From assembly GCF_036321535.1 (NCBI RefSeq), contig NC_087436.1, positions 95,110,001 to 95,174,000 of the forward strand: a stretch of DNA of 64,000 nt, given 5' to 3'. The position numbers and the translations under genes were made by a program. This document shows positions 59,663 to 64,000 of this stretch, piece after piece. Every line of letters starts with the position of its first letter. Position 1 is the first letter of the stretch. This DNA comes from Camelus dromedarius. Lineage: Eukaryota. The notes below the pieces were generated by a model. It worked only from the letters and a program-made list of their open reading frames with translations, was not told where the DNA came from and did not search any database.

Positions 59663-60880
59663 AGAAAGAACCATCTTCTAAATGTTTCCATTCTCCAATT
59701 ACTCTCCTGCCAAATCTAAACAGTTCTAACAATTGTGACGGCAGTTTTTCAACAACTGTAAGAAGTATTGGTTTCTATTTCTAGTGCTCAATTGACAGCT
59801 CTGAGTTTTGTTACAGACTCTTGTGTTTTGCACATAGATCAGTCTGCAACTGGAATTACCCTGGGGGTAACATGAGGTTTCTGAGTGGGAATCAATTGCA
59901 ATAGAATATGTGGTTATTTTCTTTCTTGGCTTTCCACAGGCAATTTATAAACCTTCAAGAGCTTGTCTACTGCTGTGAGTGCTCTGTTTTCCAATAAGTT
60001 TCTTTGCCCTGTGATAATAAACTATTAATGCTGCAAAGCCCCTGGTGGGCACTGTTTGCCTGTATATAAACAGCTTGCTTCTCAATCCAAAGACAGCAGC
60101 TCAGATAAACCACAACCCAGGACAGCGCCTATAACTCTCTCAAGCTTCCATTCACAGGTGGTTGAACTCTATTCCAATTCTCTGTTTCAGGCTGTGAGCC
60201 TGACTATGACACTTGTCCATTTGTGGGACACTTGTAATCCCTATTATCTTTTGGGAGTCAAATTCCCAATCACCCCCACTGCCTGTTTCCAGCTTTGGAA
60301 CCTATGACTTCAGCCTCCCCTTATGCTACAAGTTTTAGTTCTCTATCAGGTCCACAAAAATACTTACCTTATTTTAAAGTATATATTGCTATTATTTTAG
60401 CTATGATTACTTTGTAAAATTACAGCCTGTCTTGACCAGAAATCTCCAAAATAGGCCTTGGGAACAACTTAGGGATGGTATTCAGCTATCTTGCTATTGA
60501 ATCCACTGGGGCTGTGATGAGCAGTGGTGACAAACAAATTCAGTCTCTATGTCTCTAAAGATAGTGTCCAAAGGGATTCTCAGAATGGGTATCAATATTT
60601 CACAATTTCTTTGCTCTCCCTCATGTGCCCCTTTGTCTGAGAGAAGGAAACTTGCCTTCTCCAAACTATTTTACAGAGTATATTTTCAGCTCCTTGAATA
60701 GTACAAATATTCTCCATCTATTGGGTAAGGATGCATTTCATGAATTTAATTTGTGGTCATTGTGGGTGCAAACAAGAGGAAAATGCCAAGATTAAAATAT
60801 TTTTTTTATAATTCTAGCATGTAGCCAGAGCCATAAAAAAATACTAAGTTTCTGAAGTTGGTAGTGTAACAGAAAAGGGA

Positions 60881-61517
60881 TGTGCAGTCATCCTCAACTG
60901 TGAGAAATCACCCCCAAGATTCTCACTCCTGGCATATACAACATGTGATCACTTCTCCTTTGAGTGTGGGAAGGATTGTAAATATGATAGTTCACTCCCA
61001 TGATTAGGTTACATTATATGGCAAAAGTGAAGGAACGTTTCAGATGTAATTAAGGTCCTTAATCAGTTGAATCTGAGTTTATCAAAAGAGAGATCACCCT
61101 TGATGAGCCTGAACTCATCAAGTGGGCCTTTAAAAGGGACTCAGGCCCTTCCTAAAGCGAGAGACTTGAAGCCTAGGAGAGATTATCCTGCTGGCTTTGA
61201 TGAAGGACCTGAAGATAGCCTCTAGGAGCTGAGTAACCCCTGGCCAATAACCAGCAAGAAAACAGGGGTGTCAGCCCTGTGACCACAAGGAACTGAATTC
61301 TGCCAACAACTTGAATAACCTTGAAAATGACCCTGTATGTCAGATGAGAATGCAGCTAGCTTACAGCTTGATTTCAGCCTGCTAAGTCACTAAGCAGAGA
61401 ACCCAGCTATCCCGTACCTCAACTCCAGACCCACAGAAACTGTGAGATAATCACTGTGTGTTGTTTTTAGCCTCCACATTTGTGGTAACTTGTTACACAG
61501 CAATAGAAGTGAATACA
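60881..61517 (+). mobile_element. ERVL-MaLR solo LTR (MLT1E/F-like)
   Basis: TG…CA ends; cccccaagattc…gattaggttacattatatggcaaa…actgtgagataa…ttgttacacagcaatag typical of MLT1. Confidence 0.85.
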
Positions 61518-62746
61518 TGAGGGTCCACTTGAACTTCATTCTGTGATTTGATAGGGCAATGTGCAACTGTCATGTTGTCTCAAAGGAACCCTATCTCCAC
61601 CAACCAAAAGAGGGACAGTGGCAGTAGTGAATGCATAGCGATCATGCTGGTCCACAGGCAGTTATCTCTCTAGGCTCCTCTGGATCAATTACTGCACAGA
61701 GCCAGGTGAGAGACCACCACAAGTTTCAAGCGGTTGTGACATTAACAAGATACAATATTTATCGTCTTCGTGGTGCCTTAGATACAGGGAAACTTCAAGA
61801 GCAACACGAAACACAAGCACAGGCTACAGATTAAGACACTGACTTCAGAACAAATTAAAAGATGAGTGCCTTTTATGGGCTGGGACCTGCCACAGGAGTC
61901 ACAGCCTGATTTTTAAGCAGTCAAGCCAGTATCATCTACTGGTTATACTTGAATCAGGTAACAAAACCCAGAGGCGGTGGAGCACAGTCCGTTGGATGAA
62001 GGCTACACTAGGCTGTATATGTGCAAAGGTCAGATTACAACAGGACACCTAAGAAGATAATAGCAAATTCCACAGGCAAGCTACTAGTTGGCTGACAGAA
62101 AATTTTATAAGGGTCCAGCGAAGCCTAAACTCAAGTGATGAGATGTAGCCGCTGACTGATGAGAAACAATAGCAAAGAGTCAGACCAACCAGGAGCAGGG
62201 CAGTTACAGGCGCGTGCACCTGTAAGCGCACCCGAAACACCTGCACCTGCTCCCCACAGGGCAGTTGACTTCTGTATTTACTGTGGAAGGAGCTTACATT
62301 TAAAATTTTAATGAGGAAGTAAATCTTTTGTCTATAATAGAAATTTCTGTAGCACTGAGTTCATTATAAACCAGGGCAGTTCTGGACACCCTTAGACCTG
62401 GAAATGCCCAAAACACTGTACTGTTTTATGACATAAACCATGAGGAAAGCTGTATAATTGAGTGACCATATTATCTACTGTTCCATGACTTATTCCAAGT
62501 TCAAAAGCTTTTGGACTCCACATTTCCAACTTTTGGTTTAGAAAGCATGCCAGTCCCAAATGCTGCCAGCAGCAAGGTCCTTTCAAGAGCCACCAAAACG
62601 TTTTCCCTAGGAAGCAGGTGGCCCACACGAAGAGACTCCCTCCTGTTCAGAAAACAAAAGAGGCCCCTCTACTTGAATTTAGTTAATTTTTCCATCTGCA
62701 CATGTAATATCCATGACATTCAATTAGCAACAGAAAAAAGATTCTG

Positions 62747-63223
62747 ACTCAGCCATAAAAAAAGAATAAAATAATATTATTTGCAGCAACATGGATGGAT
62801 CTGGAGATTGTCATTCTAAGTGAAGTAAGACAGAAAGAGAAAGAAAAATACGATACATCACTTGTATGTAAAATCTAAAAAAAAAAAAAAAAGAAAGAAA
62901 AGACACAAATGAACTTATTTACAAAACAGAAACAGACTCACAGTCATAGAAAACAAACTTATGGTCACCAGGAGGGAAAGGGGGTGGGAAGGGATACATT
63001 GGGAATTCAAGATTAGCAGATACTAATTACTATATATAAAATAGATAAACTGTAAGTTTATACTGTATAGCACAGAGAACTATATTCAGTATTTGTAGTA
63101 GCCTATAATGAAAAAGAATATGAAAACAAATACATGTATGTGTATGTATGACTGGAACATCACGCTGTGCACCAGAAATTGACACAACATTGTAAAGTGA
63201 CTATGCTTCAATTAAAAAAAAAA
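62747..63223 (+). mobile_element. 5'-truncated L1 3' end
   Basis: tttgcagcaacatggatgga…aaacagactcacag…tactgtatagcacag…ttcaattaaaaaaa; imperfect TSD agaaaaaa(g)attctg. Confidence 0.9.
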
Positions 63224-63771
63224 AGAAAAAATTCTGCTTTCCAGGCTTTCACCAGAGAGGACACTATTCAGTGACCAGCATCCACTTCTTGCCAGAGGTC
63301 TCCTGATACTTGACAGACATGGAATCAGGAGAATGCAATCTATTCATCCTTCCAGGCAGCCTAAATTCTATCAAATTAATTATCTGGCCCTTCAACTCTT
63401 TGTGACCATGGTCCACTGAAGTGGGGCAAAAGACCTGAGGCCTTCCATCCTTCCTAGTTTTAGGTGTAACAATGAATGGGACCAATTCATGGCCCGTCAC
63501 AAGATTCTCATGCCACAGACTATATACTTTAAGAACACCTGAGTTAAATGATCTAAACGCTATGCTACCTGTGGCTCCCCATGTCCTGCTCCTCACTCTC
63601 CACCTCAAGAAAATGCCTTTACTATATTATCTTAGACATGTTTACATTACGTTATATCCTTCAGTTTTCATGTAGAATGGATATAAGAAATGGTCACATG
63701 AATATGCATAGGCATTTGATAGTCATCACCAAAGACCATTAGAAGCTCATTGATCAAAAAGCCATTGCAGA

Positions 63772-63883
63772 GGGGAGGGTACAGCTTAGTGGTAGAGTGC
63801 ATGCTTAGCATGCATGAGATTCTGGGTTCGACCCCCAGTACCTCCATTGAATAAATAAATAAACCTAATTACCTCCCCCCCCC
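63772..63883 (+). mobile_element. Camelid vic-1-type tRNA-derived SINE
   Basis: ggggagggtacagcttagtggtagagtgcatgcttagcatgca…ggttcgacccccagtacctcca with A/B boxes and the aaataaacctaattacctccccc tail. 16-bp TSD aaaaagc(c/t)a(t/c)tgcaga at 63756-63771 and 63884-63899. Confidence 0.9.
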
Positions 63884-64000
63884 AAAAAGCTACTGCAGAT
63901 TTCAGTGACAACTTAGACACTGGGGAGTCAAACAGGCAAATAAATTATGTGTTTGTCATTTATGATTGGCATTAGAACTAACTTACATACTGTGAAAGAA

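Larger units (their letters stand above)
58200..64000 (-). pseudogene. Decayed endogenous viral element: Mononegavirales L (RdRp / capping / methyltransferase) gene, interrupted by SINE, L1, MLT1 and MIR; continues beyond the window
   Basis: About 15 L-protein-like motifs in correct order and roughly correct spacing on the minus strand, across many stops and frameshifts (see findings). Alignment was by eye to recalled RSV, measles, VSV and BDV L sequences; no database search was run. Confidence 0.75.

Noticed and set aside
61600..61920. LLKNQAV…PSP*KAL and CHCPSFGWW resembling later measles L segments
   Set aside because: Better colinear counterparts occur at 60600-60230.
63400..63480. FIVTPK…GRMEGLR…WTMVT resembling polymerase motif B (GGIEGLCQKxWT)
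   Set aside because: Its spacing to the downstream motifs would be about 200 aa too long, and the overlapping frame fits the N-terminal region better. Treated as a chance match. It shows that by-eye motif calls can mislead.
63755..63772. ICNGF resembling bornavirus motif A (WCNGFR)
   Set aside because: Not colinear with the other motifs, and it lies in a SINE TSD whose second copy differs.
63772..63845. tRNA-Ala-like gene
   Set aside because: It has a SINE tail and TSD; it is a vic-1 SINE rather than a tRNA gene.

Overview
Mammalian genomic DNA, most likely camelid (a vic-1-type tRNA-derived SINE lies at 63772-63883). Two genes are arranged tail-to-tail. The 3' end of TMEM156 is on the + strand (about 282-4000). 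The last 11 coding exons of FAM114A1 (Noxp20) are on the - strand (52078 to the stop at 21414; all GT-AG, phases consistent, 1256 nt); its 5' exons lie beyond the window. Most of the rest is ordinary intronic/intergenic repeat (MIR, L2, L1 3' ends with target-site duplications (TSDs), MaLR/ERV LTRs, hAT MITEs, microsatellites). The standout is about 58200-64000+ inside a FAM114A1 intron. After removing four later insertions (vic-1 SINE, L1, MLT1 LTR, MIR), about 4.3 kb of otherwise unexplained minus-strand sequence reads as a heavily decayed, colinear Mononegavirales L (RNA-dependent RNA polymerase) gene, running from the N-terminal RdRp region through the capping domain to the methyltransferase. 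Many of its best local matches recall pneumo-/paramyxovirus L rather than borna- or filovirus L. The nested MIR and MLT1 imply a very old insertion. These alignments were made by eye against recalled viral sequences and need a frameshift-aware homology search to confirm.
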